NCBI GenBank assembly: GCA_963708295.1
Contig: CAVPSJ010000017.1
Coordinates: 128,001 to 192,000 of the forward strand
DNA: 64,000 nt
Source: an uncultured delta proteobacterium
GTDB lineage: Bacteria; Desulfobacterota; BSN033; UBA1163
Direction: 5' to 3'
Under the pieces are notes generated by a model. It did no database searches and was not told where the DNA came from. It worked only from the letters and a program-made list of their open reading frames with translations. This document shows, one piece after another, positions 40,531 to 52,236 of the stretch. Position numbers and translations under genes: made by a program. Within the stretch, counting starts at the first letter, position 1; each line of letters begins with the position of its first letter.

Positions 40531-40558
40531 TTGACTTTGCCTCGTAAAATAATATAAT
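40531..40558 (+). promoter_or_regulatory. sigma70 promoter of rpsU operon
   Basis: TTGACT-16 nt-TATAAT with A-rich UP-like tract. Confidence 0.65.
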
Positions 40559-40598
40559 TATTAGTTCAAAATGAGTTATGGAAGGAGGGGAAAAATGG

Positions 40599-40802
40599 AT
40601 GCCAGGGATTAGGATTAAGGAAAACGAATCTTTTGAAAATGCACTTAGGCGATTTAAAAAACAGGTAGAAAAAACGGGGATATTGTCCGAGATTCGAAAA
40701 AGGGAACATTATGAGAAGCCCAGTATAAAACGGAAGAAGAAGGCGTTGGCCGCCAAGAAAAGGGCGATGAAGAGAATGAGAAAAATGGTAGATCGGGGAT
40801 AA
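40599..40802 (+). CDS. rpsU: 30S ribosomal protein S21
   Basis: [33 protein letters not shown]. Confidence 0.97.
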   Translation: MPGIRIKENESFENALRRFKKQVEKTGILSEIRKREHYEKPSIKRKKKALAAKKRAMKRMRKMVDRG

Positions 40803-40804
40803 AA

Positions 40805-41251
40805 ATGAGCTTGGAAGAGAGATTGGTCGAAGAGATGAAACAAGCCATGAAATCCAACGACAAGTTGCGACTTTCCACCATCCGGATGATTCGTTCTGGA
40901 GTGAAAAACAAGGAGATTGAACTGAGAAAGAAGTTGGAGGATGGGGAGATTGAACGGGTCATCCAGGTGATGGTCAGAAAGGGCGAGGAGTCTGTTGAAC
41001 AATTTCAAACCGGCGGGCGGACGGACCTGGTGGAGAAGGAGAAAAAAGAAATCGAAATATTGAAATCCTTTTTGCCTCACCCTCTTAGCCAGGAGGAGAT
41101 TTTGAAGATCATCGACCAAAGTATTCAAGAGACCCAAGCCTCATCCCCGAAGGACATAGGAAAAGTGATGAAATCCGTCATGCCCAAAATGGGGGGGAAA
41201 GCCGACGGGAAACTGATCAACCAGTTGGTGAAAGAAAGGCTTTCCCTATAA
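40805..41251 (+). CDS. GatB/YqeY domain protein
   Basis: MKQAMK...LSTIRM...GRTDL...DIGKVM...ADGK. Confidence 0.93.
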   Translation: MSLEERLVEEMKQAMKSNDKLRLSTIRMIRSGVKNKEIELRKKLEDGEIERVIQVMVRKGEESVEQFQTGGRTDLVEKEKKEIEILKSFLPHPLSQEEILKIIDQSIQETQASSPKDIGKVMKSVMPKMGGKADGKLINQLVKERLSL

Positions 41252-41294
41252 ATTCCTCCTCGTGAGTGGTCATCCCAATTCCTTTCTCGGTTTT

Positions 41295-43649
41295 ATGAAT
41301 GATCGTTCTCTCAAGCTTCTAGAGTATCATTACCTCTTAAACATCCTGAAAGAGTATTGCACTTCCCCCCTCGGTCGGAAGCGCTGTGAAGCCTTAAGAC
41401 CTTCCCAAGACCTTCCATCGATCCAAACGCGATTGACTGAAGTGATGGAACTTAAGAAAATCCTTGAAACGAAGGGAGAGATCCCTCTCGGCGGGCTGAA
41501 AGATATTGAGGGGTTGTTCAGTAAACTGGAAATCGAAGGATCGGTGCTCGAAGTCCAGGAATTATTGGAGGTCTACCATCAAATCATATTGTGTAAAGAG
41601 CTCAAGCGATTCTTCCAAAAATTGGACGATGTCAAAGTTCCTCATCTTCAGGAGAAGATCTCCAGGCTTTCGTACCAAAAGCCATTGGAGAAGATGATCC
41701 TTCAGACGATCAGCACAAAAGGCGAGATTCTCGACCGAGCCAGCGCGGGCCTTTTAGATATCCGCCAACGGCTGGGAGAGGTCAGAGAAAAGGTGAAGGG
41801 GGTGCTCGAATCCCTTCTCCGTCGAGGGGATCTGCAGTCCATCTTTCAGGAGCAGCTCATTACGTTAAGAAGTGGACGATATGTTGTTCTGATCAAATCC
41901 GATTCGGAAAGACGGCTTGAAGGGATCATCCACGATCATTCCCAGAGCCGGATGACCTACTTCTTTGAGCCCCTTCAGGTCGTTTCCATCAATAACGAGA
42001 TCAATGTCCTCATCGGAGAAGAGAAGGAGGAAGAGTACCGAATTCTGGCAGGCCTGACCGATCAGGTCCGGGAAGAAAGGCAGACCCTCCGGAACGACTT
42101 TGAATTATTGGGAGAGTTGGATCTCCTCTTAGCGATGGCACGGCTCTCCTCCCGTTTGAAGGGGATTTACCCGCTTTTGAATGAGGAGGGCAGAATTGAG
42201 ATGAAGGACGCTCGAAATCCTCTCCTCGCCCTTCAACGTGAAGATCGGGTGGTTCCGGTCACCTTGCGGATGGGAGGTGGGAAGAAAGTCCTGATCATCA
42301 GCGGAGCGAATGCGGGTGGGAAGACCGTTGCCTTGAAGACATTGGGGCTTCTGACGTTAATGGTTCAATCCGGTCTTCCGATCCCCGTGGCAGAGGGAAG
42401 CCACGTTGGAATCTTCCGAGACATTTTTGCGGTGATCGGCGATGAACAGAATATCGAAGAGAATCTGAGCACGTTTTCCAGCCACCTCCTCCATGTGAAC
42501 CAAATCTTAGAGAATGCAGGACCCCATTCCCTTATTCTTTTGGATGAACTCGGGGTGGGAACTCACGCCCAAGAGGGGTGCGCCCTGGCCATGGGCTTTT
42601 TGGATCGATTCCGGGAAAGTGGAGCTTCCGCCGTGATCACCACTCACTTCGATCGTCTCAAGGCCTACGGATACCTCCATCCGGACGTAGAGAATGTGGC
42701 CGTTGAATTTGACGAAAAGACGATGGAGCCCAGATATAGGCTGTCCTACGGGTCGTCGGGGTTGAGCAATGCCTTTCTGATCGCTGAGAAGTTAGGAATT
42801 TCAGAGAAGGTCCTGGAGGCAGCCCGTCTTCATCGGGACGGAAGCGGTGAGGAGATTGCGCATGTCTTGTCGGCTTTGGAGAGGCTAAAGAGGGAGGCCG
42901 AGAAAGAAAAGCGCCAAGCCTCGGAGATGAGGGAGGAGGCCAGGCTCGAACATGAAAGATTAAAGAAAATACTGGAGGCGATCAAGGACAGGAGGCTGAA
43001 AATCTACGCCCAGGCTGAGGAGAGGGCGAGAAAGGCCGTCCAGAAAGTTGAAGAGGCGCTGAAGGAATGGGCCGTTCATAGAAAAGAGGAGAAAATCCCG
43101 CTCTCACTCCAACGCAAAGAAATTCAGGATATCCGAGAGAGGTTTCTTCCCTCCCTTAGAAAGAAGGGACGTCCTGCAATACCGGGTGGCTTGAGGGTGG
43201 GGGAACGTGTTAGAATTGAAAGCCTTCGAAGCACCGGGATTCTAACGGAAGTAAAAGAGCCGCTCAATCGCGTGGAAGTGCTGACGGATAAGGCCAAAGT
43301 AAAAGCTCCCCTCTCTGAAATCGTCCAGGCACTACCGGATGAAGACGATGAAGAGAAAAAGAGGATCCCCGAAGGTCCAGCTCTTTTAAAAGGGGCCGTC
43401 GATGGGCCTTCCTCCCAATTAAATGTCATCGGGTTGACGGTAGAAGATGCCCTTCCAAAAGTTGATAAATTTATCGATCAAGCCCTCCTCCATGGGCTGG
43501 AGAGGGTCCAGATTATCCATGGGGTAGGTTCCGGCAGGTTGCGGGATGCCATCGGTCGATACTTGAGTGGACATCGGGCTGTAAAAAGTTTATCTTCCGG
43601 GGAAGCGATGAAGGGTGGCCGTGGCTTGACCATCGTCGAGTTGAAGTAA
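41295..43649 (+). CDS. mutS2: Endonuclease MutS2
   Basis: SGANAGGKT, LSTFSSH, LLDELG, TTH, C-terminal Smr IIHGVGSG. Confidence 0.94.
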   Translation: MNDRSLKLLEYHYLLNILKEYCTSPLGRKRCEALRPSQDLPSIQTRLTEVMELKKILETKGEIPLGGLKDIEGLFSKLEIEGSVLEVQELLEVYHQIILCKELKRFFQKLDDVKVPHLQEKISRLSYQKPLEKMILQTISTKGEILDRASAGLLDIRQRLGEVREKVKGVLESLLRRGDLQSIFQEQLITLRSGRYVVLIKSDSERRLEGIIHDHSQSRMTYFFEPLQVVSINNEINVLIGEEKEEEYRILAGLTDQVREERQTLRNDFELLGELDLLLAMARLSSRLKGIYPLLNEEGRIEMKDARNPLLALQREDRVVPVTLRMGGGKKVLIISGANAGGKTVALKTLGLLTLMVQSGLPIPVAEGSHVGIFRDIFAVIGDEQNIEENLSTFSSHLLHVNQILENAGPHSLILLDELGVGTHAQEGCALAMGFLDRFRESGASAVITTHFDRLKAYGYLHPDVENVAVEFDEKTMEPRYRLSYGSSGLSNAFLIAEKLGISEKVLEAARLHRDGSGEEIAHVLSALERLKREAEKEKRQASEMREEARLEHERLKKILEAIKDRRLKIYAQAEERARKAVQKVEEALKEWAVHRKEEKIPLSLQRKEIQDIRERFLPSLRKKGRPAIPGGLRVGERVRIESLRSTGILTEVKEPLNRVEVLTDKAKVKAPLSEIVQALPDEDDEEKKRIPEGPALLKGAVDGPSSQLNVIGLTVEDALPKVDKFIDQALLHGLERVQIIHGVGSGRLRDAIGRYLSGHRAVKSLSSGEAMKGGRGLTIVELK

Positions 43650-44010
43650 AACCCGGTGGGTCGGGCAGGGGTTCGATCTCTTCCTTCAGAAAAAGCTGAA
43701 GCGATGGATGATACCATCCCCGCCATGAGACTGTGTGGTGATCATGATGAAGGAAGGATTTGGCCGGGACAGGCAGTCAGGCTCCTCAGCTTTGGGACGC
43801 GGTCATTTAGTAGAGTTATGGGTCATCGAGATCATTCCAAATCTAATCTTTTCAGTGACTTGCGGCCAGGTAGCTGACCGTTAAAAGGTTTCCGCCTAAA
43901 GATTTGTCACCTGACCGCCTATCCCTTCTTGCAACAGAAGTGGTTTTTCGTTAATTTATGATGCAGCCTCCATTGACTGGGGGCTTTCTTACGGGGTAAA
44001 CCGTTTGGCC

Positions 44011-45852
44011 ATGGGGTTCTTATCCGAGGAAAAGGTTTCGGAAATTCGGGACCGGTCCAGCATTCTGGAGGTTGTCTCGGATTATGTGACCTTGAAAAAG
44101 ACGGGAAAGAACTATAAGGGGCTCTGTCCCTTTCACGCCGAAAAAACTCCTTCCTTCATGGTCAATGAGGAGAAACAGATTTTTCACTGCTTCGGTTGCG
44201 GGGAGGGAGGAGATGCCTTTACTTTCCTGATGAAAGCAGGGCATTTTTCGTTTCCCGAGGCCGTGGAAGAACTGGCCAGGCGGTACGGGGTAAAACTTCC
44301 TTCCCGCGAGCCTTCTCCGGCTCAAAAGAAGGAGATGGCCCAACAAGAAGCCCTCTTCCAGATCAACCAGATTGCCTCAGACTATTTTCATGATCTCCTC
44401 ATCCGGCGCCGAGAGGGCGAGGAGGGCAGAAAATACATCTCACAAAGAGGAATCAACCGCGAAATCATCGACGAACACCGGCTGGGGTATTCAACCGACC
44501 GCTGGAATGGCCTGGTTCAGCATCTCCAGGAGAAGGGGGTCTCCCTCGAACTGGCATCGAAACTGGGTTTGATCTTTCCGAGGAGCAAAGCCGGAGGCTC
44601 GGCTCTGCGAGAAGGTCGAAAAATCGACGCCTCGGGTTGGTATGATGCTTTTCGAGGAAGGGTCCTCTTTCCCATTTTCGACATTCCCCGCCGGGTCGTC
44701 GGGTTCGGGGGGAGGATGATTCGAGAAGGACAACCCAAGTATCTTAATTCTCCGGAGTCGAGCATTTATCATAAAGGGGAGGTCCTCTACGGCCTCCCTG
44801 TGGCCAAGCGCTATGCCGCCGAGAAGGATTGCATGATGATCGTCGAGGGCTACTTCGATCTTTTAACCCTCCACCAATACGGTCTGAAGCACAGTGTGGC
44901 CACTTTAGGAACGGCGCTGACTCCACAACATATTCGAACCCTTAAACGATACACAAAAAACTTGACGACCGTGTTTGATGCGGATCCGGCGGGAGTCCAA
45001 GCGACACTTCGCTCGCTCCCTCTCTGTTTAGAAGAAGAGGTTGCTGGGAAGATGATCGCTCTCCCCGGGGGGGAAGACCCGGACGGATTCCTAAGAAAAG
45101 GAAATCTGGAAGACTTCGAGAAAAGGGCGGAGCGCGCTATTCCTCTGATCGATTTCTTTTTTGAGCGGCTGATGAAGACCCATGACGTGAAATCCGTCGA
45201 TGGCAAGGTTAGAATAGCGAAGGAGGGTGTGGCCCTTCTCGGTAAAATTCCAGACAAGATTCGAAGAGATTTCTATACAAAGGCTTTGGCGGAGAGGCTG
45301 GATGTCAAGGAATCCTTTCTCTATGAGATTCTCGGGCCCTCTTCCCGGGAGTCCTCCAACGCAAGAGAAAATGTAAGAAAGTCATCCGCGGAGAGAAGCT
45401 TTCCAAGGTCAGAAGAAATGGTGGTCCATCTCATGGCTCAACATCCAGACATCATCCCCGCCGTTTCGAAGGAGGATGTCCTGAAGGAGTTTGAAAGCCC
45501 GATCCTGCAGAAAATAGCTGAGGCGCTGGAAGATCTTTATCAGAGAAGGGGAAGGTTTACTCTGCCCCAAGCGTTAGCTCACTTTGACGAGGATCTCAAA
45601 GGGAGGTTGTCTGAGTTCGTCTTTCAGGAAAATGGATCGGAAGAAGGGGATCGGGGAAAGATCTTGCAGGACTGTATCCAAAAGATTCGTGAGAAAAGGA
45701 TAAAAAAGGAAAGGGGTGAGTTGCAAAGAAGAATTAAAGAGGTGGATCAACAGCAGGAGGATAAAAGGCTGGATCCTCTTTTGAAACAGAAGCTGGAACT
45801 GGCAAGGCAGAGGGAACAAGGCCTTCAGAAAGGCGGCTTTCGCAGACGGTAG
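44011..45852 (+). CDS. dnaG: DNA primase
   Basis: [11 protein letters not shown]...CFGC zinc finger, [17 protein letters not shown]. Confidence 0.97.
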   Translation: MGFLSEEKVSEIRDRSSILEVVSDYVTLKKTGKNYKGLCPFHAEKTPSFMVNEEKQIFHCFGCGEGGDAFTFLMKAGHFSFPEAVEELARRYGVKLPSREPSPAQKKEMAQQEALFQINQIASDYFHDLLIRRREGEEGRKYISQRGINREIIDEHRLGYSTDRWNGLVQHLQEKGVSLELASKLGLIFPRSKAGGSALREGRKIDASGWYDAFRGRVLFPIFDIPRRVVGFGGRMIREGQPKYLNSPESSIYHKGEVLYGLPVAKRYAAEKDCMMIVEGYFDLLTLHQYGLKHSVATLGTALTPQHIRTLKRYTKNLTTVFDADPAGVQATLRSLPLCLEEEVAGKMIALPGGEDPDGFLRKGNLEDFEKRAERAIPLIDFFFERLMKTHDVKSVDGKVRIAKEGVALLGKIPDKIRRDFYTKALAERLDVKESFLYEILGPSSRESSNARENVRKSSAERSFPRSEEMVVHLMAQHPDIIPAVSKEDVLKEFESPILQKIAEALEDLYQRRGRFTLPQALAHFDEDLKGRLSEFVFQENGSEEGDRGKILQDCIQKIREKRIKKERGELQRRIKEVDQQQEDKRLDPLLKQKLELARQREQGLQKGGFRRR

Positions 45853-45863
45853 GGGGAGAGGCT

Positions 45864-47654
45864 ATGGCGAAGGGCGGGAAGATTAAAGAAGTTGAACAAT
45901 TGATCAACATGGAGGGGGAAAAAGGATTTTTGACCTTTGATGAGTCGAATGATATTCCTTCCAACGATATTGTCTCTTCGGACCAGATTGACGATGTCCT
46001 GATGATGTTCGACGAAATGGACATCGATATGGTGGATGATCTCCAAGGGTTGAAAGTGGAGGAAGAGAAGGCCGTAGAGAAAGAGGAGGAAAGCGACGAG
46101 TTAGACGTGGAGACCTTTGGCAGGGCCACGGATCCCGTCCGGATGTATCTCCGCGAAATGGGGTCGGTTTCCCTCCTGACCCGGGAAGGGGAGGTGGAGA
46201 TCGCCAAAAGGATTGAAAGCGGCAAGAGAGAAGTACTGAGCGTTGTCTTGAACTGCCCCATGGCGGTCAAAGAAGTCATCAATCTGGGGAGCATGATTAA
46301 AACTGGAAAGGTGGAGATTCGGGAGATCACCAACGAGATTGACGAGGAGGAGACCAGCTTTGAGGAAGAGCAGATCCAAAAAAAGCAGATTTTGGACGTC
46401 ATCGAAAAGATTAAGCGGAAAGCCGAAGACCTTCGGGCACTGCTGAGAGGGAAGACTTTGCTGAAGAAGAAGGTGCAGAAGCAGGGGAAGAAGAAACAGA
46501 AAGAGATCCACGGGAGACAGAAGGGGACGAAGGGGAAACAGGAGGAGATTAAGAAGCGACGGGAAGAGATCCTGGAATTGTTTAACCGGATGAATCTGAG
46601 GGATACTCAAATAAATAAGATCGTTCAGAAGTTGAAGCAGATGCTGAACCGGATGGAGAAAGGGGAGAGCGAAATCAAGAAGATCGAAGATAAGTGGGGG
46701 ATTTCTGCTCAGGACGCGCGGACCACTCTCAGGAAGTTGAAGGGAAGGCGTGTGAGTGAAAAGAAACTTCTTCGAACCCGAAAATTGAATAAACGTGACC
46801 TCCAGGAGGTTTGCCGAGCGGTCACGGTGGTTCAAAAAAAGATCCACAAAATGGAAATAGAAAGCGGTTTAACGGCTGACCGGTTGGCCGCAGCGGTGAA
46901 AGCGGTTGTGGAAGGGGAGACAAGGGCCAAGGAGGCCAAGAGTGAACTGGTGAAGGCGAACTTGAGGCTGGTCGTTTCCATTGCCAAGAAATATACGAAT
47001 CGTGGGCTTCAATTCTTAGACCTTATTCAGGAAGGGAATATCGGGTTGATGAAAGCGGTGGATAAATTTGAATACCAGCGGGGTTACAAGTTTAGCACCT
47101 ATGCGACCTGGTGGATCCGGCAAGCGATCACGCGGGCCATCGCGGATCAGGCGCGGACCATTCGGATCCCCGTTCACATGATCGAGACGATCAATAAGCT
47201 CATCCGGACCTCCCGGGGCCTCGTTCAGGAGATCGGGAGAGAGCCTACGCCGGAAGAGATTGCCGACAAGATGGATATGGCCTTGGATAAGGTGAGGAAG
47301 GTGTTGAAGATCGCCAAAGAACCTATTTCCCTTGAAACACCGATTGGTGAAGAGGAGGACAGTCACCTGGGGGACTTCATCGAAGACAAAGCGATCATCT
47401 CCCCCCAGGAAGCGGTGATCAGCGCCAATCTGTCGGAGCAAACCCGAAAGGTCCTGGCCAGCCTCACCCCCAGAGAGGAGAAAGTGTTGAGGATGCGGTT
47501 TGGAATCGGAGAGAAGTATGACCATACGCTGGAAGAAGTGGGGCAGGATTTTGATGTTACCCGGGAGAGAATCCGACAGATCGAGGCAAAGGCATTAAGG
47601 AAACTGCGACATCCCAGCCGGGCGACGAAGTTGAAAAGTTTTCTTGAAACGTGA
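45864..47654 (+). CDS. rpoD: Primary sigma factor
   Basis: [52 protein letters not shown]. Confidence 0.98.
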   Translation: MAKGGKIKEVEQLINMEGEKGFLTFDESNDIPSNDIVSSDQIDDVLMMFDEMDIDMVDDLQGLKVEEEKAVEKEEESDELDVETFGRATDPVRMYLREMGSVSLLTREGEVEIAKRIESGKREVLSVVLNCPMAVKEVINLGSMIKTGKVEIREITNEIDEEETSFEEEQIQKKQILDVIEKIKRKAEDLRALLRGKTLLKKKVQKQGKKKQKEIHGRQKGTKGKQEEIKKRREEILELFNRMNLRDTQINKIVQKLKQMLNRMEKGESEIKKIEDKWGISAQDARTTLRKLKGRRVSEKKLLRTRKLNKRDLQEVCRAVTVVQKKIHKMEIESGLTADRLAAAVKAVVEGETRAKEAKSELVKANLRLVVSIAKKYTNRGLQFLDLIQEGNIGLMKAVDKFEYQRGYKFSTYATWWIRQAITRAIADQARTIRIPVHMIETINKLIRTSRGLVQEIGREPTPEEIADKMDMALDKVRKVLKIAKEPISLETPIGEEEDSHLGDFIEDKAIISPQEAVISANLSEQTRKVLASLTPREEKVLRMRFGIGEKYDHTLEEVGQDFDVTRERIRQIEAKALRKLRHPSRATKLKSFLET

Positions 47655-47747
47655 TCAGTTCGGAGTTCGTAGTTATAATCCCTGAACCGCAAAGATGGAG
47701 TTTTGTCGCTCCGATCACTGAACTCCGAACTCAGAACTGATTCAGGG

Positions 47748-47775
47748 TTGACACTCTCTGCGGACAACCTATAAT
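47748..47775 (+). promoter_or_regulatory. tRNA promoter
   Basis: TTGACA-16 nt-TATAAT. Confidence 0.75.
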
Positions 47776-47786
47776 ATAGTAAGAAC

Positions 47787-47862
47787 GGGCCCATAGCTCA
47801 GCTGGAAGAGCCACCGGCTCATAACCGGTAGGTCCCTGGTTCGAACCCAGGTGGGCCCACCA
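47787..47862 (+). tRNA. tRNA with CAT anticodon, probably tRNA-Ile2 (lysidine); elongator Met not excluded
   Basis: GGGCCCA/TGGGCCC acceptor stem, CTCATAA loop, TTCGAA T-loop, encoded CCA; 1:72 pair excludes fMet. Confidence 0.92.
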
Positions 47863-47931
47863 GGAAAGTGGGGAATCTCTTATGCACTCCTTTGGGATAA
47901 AAGAAAGGATGCCCGTAAGCTTGGGGGGAAT

Positions 47932-47965
47932 AAAAAGAGTGCATCCGAGGGATGCACTCTTTTTA
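47932..47965 (+). terminator. Rho-independent terminator
   Basis: AAAAAGAGTGCATCC-GAG-GGATGCACTCTTTTT. Confidence 0.8.
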
Positions 47966-48024
47966 TTTGGGGATAAACTCGTTGAGATCTAGTCCTACGG
48001 AGGCTGGCGGATAGGAGGCAAAGT

Positions 48025-48744
48025 TTGAGGACGCAATTAGAGTTGCTATGGGAGCTTCAAAAAATTGATCTTGGACTGAAGGGGATTCAGGAAGAAAAAG
48101 ATCGGTATCCCAAGGAGATGAAAAAGCTGGATGAGAAACAGAAGGTCGAGAGAGAGAGGATTGAAAAGGAGAAGGAGAAGGTCGAGTCCTTAGAGAAGAC
48201 GCGGAGGCAAAAAGAGGGACAGCTCAATTTGGAGCAAGAAAAAATCAAGCGGACCGAAGCAAAGATGTCTGAAGTGAAGACCAATAAAGAGTATCAGGCC
48301 CTCCTCAGCGAAATTGATGCCATCAAGGAAGCGAACGGCCGGATGGAAGAGGAGATCCTCCGGGTCATGGACGAAATTGATGGACTCAAGAAGGACCTCT
48401 CCAAAAGGGAAAAAGACGTGGGGGCCACCCTGGAAAAAATTGAGGCCGAGCGAAAGAAGCTTCAGCAACAAATGTCCCATGACGAAAAGATCTGGGAAAA
48501 ACAGATGGAACGCAGAGAGGTCCTTTCGAAGCAGATCGAAGCCAAATGGGTGAAGCTCTATCATACCCTGAAGGAAAAGAGACAGGGGGTGGGCGTGGTC
48601 AGCGTGAAGCATGAGACTTGCCAGGGGTGTTTTGTAAACGTCCCTCCTCAATTGTTCATCGAGGTCCAGAAAAACAATGCCCTCCTCCGGTGTCCCCACT
48701 GCAACCGTATTCTCTATTGGGAAGGAGATCCGAATACGAAGTGA
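48025..48744 (+). CDS. Coiled-coil C4 zinc-ribbon protein (DUF164 family)
   Basis: LQKID, KTNKEYQAL, CQGC...CPHCNRIL. Confidence 0.9.
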   Translation: MRTQLELLWELQKIDLGLKGIQEEKDRYPKEMKKLDEKQKVERERIEKEKEKVESLEKTRRQKEGQLNLEQEKIKRTEAKMSEVKTNKEYQALLSEIDAIKEANGRMEEEILRVMDEIDGLKKDLSKREKDVGATLEKIEAERKKLQQQMSHDEKIWEKQMERREVLSKQIEAKWVKLYHTLKEKRQGVGVVSVKHETCQGCFVNVPPQLFIEVQKNNALLRCPHCNRILYWEGDPNTK

Positions 48745-48862
48745 AATCCTTGGAGGCAGAAGATCGGCGGGTCATTCAAATGGATCAGGTCTCCGGGGAT
48801 TTGGGAAGGGCAGCAGAAGGGTTACCGAATCTGGCGATCCAGCGAAGATTACAAAGGAGAGG

Positions 48863-49354
48863 GGGAGTTGACGGGGAACAGATGGTCGCTCCTTCTGAGG
48901 GCCCGTAAAGCCGGGCAGTCGGGAGGAGAGGAAAGTCCGAGCTCCGCAGGGCAGGGTGGTCCGTAACGCGGACTGTCCCGGAATCCTGAAACGTAGGGTT
49001 TCGAGATAAGGAAAGTGCCACAGAAAACATACCGCCCAGTGGAATGGCGTGTGCGCCTGCCCACAGGGTAAGGGTGAAAAGGTGAGGTAAGAGCTCACCA
49101 GTGCCCTGAGCGATTGGGGCAGCTAGGTAAACCCCACCCGGAGCAAGACCAAATAGGTTCCGCTCTCCGCTCAGGCGGAGTGAGAAAAGCCCATTCAAGT
49201 TTGTCTCGAGGCCATGCATCGGGGCAAGGGCGGGACGGGTGAGGTCGCTTGAGGTCCTGAGCAATCAGGACCCTAGATAAATGGCCATCCCCCGGTTCCC
49301 GCTGAAAGCGGGATCGGGATGACAGAACTCGGCTTATGGTCCCTTTCAACTCCC
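48863..49354 (+). ncRNA. rnpB: RNase P RNA (type A), long
   Basis: GAGGAAAGTCCG, AGTGCCACAGAAA, GGTAAACCCC, GAGCAAGACCAAATAG, ACAGAACTCGGCTTA; P1 GGGAGTTGA/TCAACTCCC. Confidence 0.95.
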
Positions 49355-49428
49355 TTTTCATTTTTCTAAGAAGTGAATAAAGTTCTAAATTGGAACACAA
49401 TTCCTGTGTGGGCGCTTAAATAATCTCT

Positions 49429-50001
49429 ATGAAACACAAGAGTCAAACCGCCTGGATCCTTGGAGGGATTCTTTTCTTTTCGGTGTTGATTCTTCCTCTC
49501 CCGGTCTTCTGTCAAAAGGCCGCCATTCGGGATATCCAACTGAAGCGGGCAGAGGGGGTCTGGAAGATCAGTTTTGATGTTGAGGACTGTTTTACGGAAA
49601 AGATCGAGGAGGCCATCCAGTCGGGGATACCGACGACATTCACCTTCTATATCCATCTCCATCAGAAAAGAGGCTGGTGGAAGGATCGAAAATTGGCCTC
49701 CGTCGAGGTTCGCCACACGGTCCAGTACCATCCCATCCAAAAGGTCTATCAAATAAAACTGGGAGAAGACCATTCGGCTCTGGCTGCTTCGAGTCTGGAG
49801 GAAGCCAAGAAGATGATGTCAAGAGTCAGAGAGTTGGGTATTCGGCCTTCCTCCCCGTTTGAACCGGGAGTTCCCGCGTACTTCCGAATCAAAGCTGAAT
49901 TGGATCCGGTCAGGCTTCCTCTTCATCTCGAGTATCTCTTCTTTTTCGTCTCCCTGTGGGATTTTGAAACCGATTGGGTGATCCAGCCGCTCCCGCCTTA
50001 A
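49429..50001 (+). CDS. DUF4390 exported protein
   Basis: Signal peptide, AIQSGIPTTF, WDFETDW; usual position upstream of ntrY. Confidence 0.8.
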   Translation: MKHKSQTAWILGGILFFSVLILPLPVFCQKAAIRDIQLKRAEGVWKISFDVEDCFTEKIEEAIQSGIPTTFTFYIHLHQKRGWWKDRKLASVEVRHTVQYHPIQKVYQIKLGEDHSALAASSLEEAKKMMSRVRELGIRPSSPFEPGVPAYFRIKAELDPVRLPLHLEYLFFFVSLWDFETDWVIQPLPP

Positions 50002-50057
50002 GAATCCCGCCTCGCCCCTTTGCGAAAGGGGGTCGGAGGGATTAAAATGGTTGATCA

Positions 50058-52229
50058 ATGAAGAAAGAACTTTCCCCTGACGCAAAAAGACGACGCAATG
50101 AGCTGATCATTATCGGGATCATCTCCTTCCTCATCCTTGTCTTTACGACCGTTGAGATGAAATTCCCGCAGATCGGAGGGAAAATCCCCGTCGCCAACAA
50201 TATCATCATCTTCAGCCTGATCAATATCAACATCATCCTGATTCTCCTGCTGATTTTCTTAGTCATCCGGAACCTTGTCAAACTGATCTTTGAGCGGAAG
50301 CGAAAAGTGTTGGGAGCCAAGCTCCGAACCAAATTGGTGGTGGCTTTTGTCAGCCTCTCTCTTATTCCCACCATTCTCCTTTTTTTGGTAGCCGTCGGTT
50401 TCATCACCAACAGTGTGGAACACTGGTTTAGCGCCCAGGTCGAGCAGTCTCTTCAAGGATCTTTGGAAGTGGCCCAGACCTACTACCGGGATTTTGCCAA
50501 CAACACCGTTTCCACGGCTCAACAGATCAGTAAGCCCCTGTCCAAACAAGGCATCGCCAAGGGGTCACGAGAAATGAGCCAGCTGAGAGAGCAGCTGGAG
50601 GCCAGACGGCAGGAGCATCATCTCAGCACCCTCGGGATATTCTTAAAGGGAGAAGGGAACACGATCGGAGTGGAGGATCCCACGCTCAGGCCTGTTTCTC
50701 TCCAGCTTCCGAAGGATCTGTTAGACGCCGGGTTTTCAGGGAAAGAAGTTTCCAGAATCTTGTCGGTGGGAGAGGGAGAGTTGATCACTGGCATCGCTCC
50801 CATTTTCAACCCTTCGGACGGAAGGGAGGTCCTCGGGGTCGTCGTGGCCTCACACTTTATCCCGAAGAGTCTTACGGTCAAGATGCATGAGATCTCGCAG
50901 GCGTTTCTGGAGTATAAACAATTGAAGATCTTAAAAAAGCCGATCAAGTTTAGCTACATGATGGCCCTGCTGATGGTCACCCTCCTCATCGTTTTTTCGG
51001 CCACCTGGTTTGGCTTTCATTTAGCCAAGGACATTACCGTTCCCATCAAAGACCTGGCAGAGGCGACCGATCGGATTGCCTCTGGAGACCTCAATTTCCG
51101 GATTCAGATGAAAGCGGCAGACGAGATCGGCATGCTTGTTCAATCCTTCAATCAAATGACGGGGGATCTCCAGGTGAGCCGCTCTGAGCTGGAACAACGG
51201 AAAAAGTACATGGAGATCGTGCTGAAGAACGTGGCCGCTGGAGTGATTTCCATCGATGAGAAGGGAAGCGTGACCACGACCAACACCTCCGCAGAACAGA
51301 TGTTGGAGATCAGGGGAGAAGAGGTGCTGGAAAAGAAGTTCTCGGAGGTACTCCCTCGAGAGTATGTGGGACAGCTTGAGCGATTATTGGAGGAGCTCAA
51401 ACTCTCCCGGAAAGATTCTATTGAGAGGCAGATGATTGTGAACCTGGAAGGAAAATCCCTGTCCCTGTTGATCAATCTGACGGCCCTGAGGGATGAGGAA
51501 GGAAAATCTCTCGGGGTGGTGGCGGTCTTCGATGACCTCACCCAGTTGATCAAGGCCCAGAGAATGGCGGCCTGGAGGGAAGTGGCCCGCCGGATTGCTC
51601 ATGAAATCAAGAATCCCCTAACCCCTATTCAGCTTTCTGCGCAACGGCTGAGGAAACGGTACTTGGAGAAACTTCAGCCAGACGGGACAGTTTTTGATGA
51701 ATGCACCCGAATGATTGTAAAACAGGTTGAAGAATTGAAGGGAATGGTCAATGAGTTTTCGAACTTTGCCCGGATGCCGGCTTCCCAACCGACACCGAAC
51801 CATCTCAATGAGATCATTCAGGAAACACTCGTTCTCTTTCAGGGAGTGCAGCAACAGGTCCAGTTTGAATTTATTCCCAATGAGCTTCCTATCCTCAATG
51901 TCGACCGGGATCAGATGAAGCGGGTGATGATCAACCTGGTCAAGAATAGTCTTGCCGCCATTGAAAATGGAGGCAAGATCAGAATCCAAACGAGTTATGA
52001 TTCCAAACTGCAGACGGTCCGCCTTGAGGTGAGCGACGATGGTCGTGGAATTCCTGAAGAGGACAAAGAGAGACTTTTCGAACCTTACTTCTCGACTAAG
52101 AAAAGCGGGATGGGATTAGGATTGACCATTGTCAATGCCATCGTCTCTGATCACAACGGGTATATCCGGGTGCGAGACAACAAACCCAGAGGCACGACCT
52201 TCCTCATCGAGCTCCCCGTCCGCGTTTAA
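50058..52229 (+). CDS. ntrY: NtrY-like HAMP/PAS sensor histidine kinase
   Basis: AQRMAAWREVARRIAHEIKNPLTPIQLSA, DDGRG, PYFSTK, GLGL. Confidence 0.9.
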   Translation: MKKELSPDAKRRRNELIIIGIISFLILVFTTVEMKFPQIGGKIPVANNIIIFSLININIILILLLIFLVIRNLVKLIFERKRKVLGAKLRTKLVVAFVSLSLIPTILLFLVAVGFITNSVEHWFSAQVEQSLQGSLEVAQTYYRDFANNTVSTAQQISKPLSKQGIAKGSREMSQLREQLEARRQEHHLSTLGIFLKGEGNTIGVEDPTLRPVSLQLPKDLLDAGFSGKEVSRILSVGEGELITGIAPIFNPSDGREVLGVVVASHFIPKSLTVKMHEISQAFLEYKQLKILKKPIKFSYMMALLMVTLLIVFSATWFGFHLAKDITVPIKDLAEATDRIASGDLNFRIQMKAADEIGMLVQSFNQMTGDLQVSRSELEQRKKYMEIVLKNVAAGVISIDEKGSVTTTNTSAEQMLEIRGEEVLEKKFSEVLPREYVGQLERLLEELKLSRKDSIERQMIVNLEGKSLSLLINLTALRDEEGKSLGVVAVFDDLTQLIKAQRMAAWREVARRIAHEIKNPLTPIQLSAQRLRKRYLEKLQPDGTVFDECTRMIVKQVEELKGMVNEFSNFARMPASQPTPNHLNEIIQETLVLFQGVQQQVQFEFIPNELPILNVDRDQMKRVMINLVKNSLAAIENGGKIRIQTSYDSKLQTVRLEVSDDGRGIPEEDKERLFEPYFSTKKSGMGLGLTIVNAIVSDHNGYIRVRDNKPRGTTFLIELPVRV

Positions 52230-52236
52230 AAGAACG

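Noticed and set aside
41295-43649. mutS2 inside the rpsU-dnaG-rpoD operon as a novelty
   Set aside because: To my knowledge a familiar arrangement in deltaproteobacterial genomes
48618-49400. ORFs overlapping rnpB
   Set aside because: Spurious frames across the RNase P RNA gene
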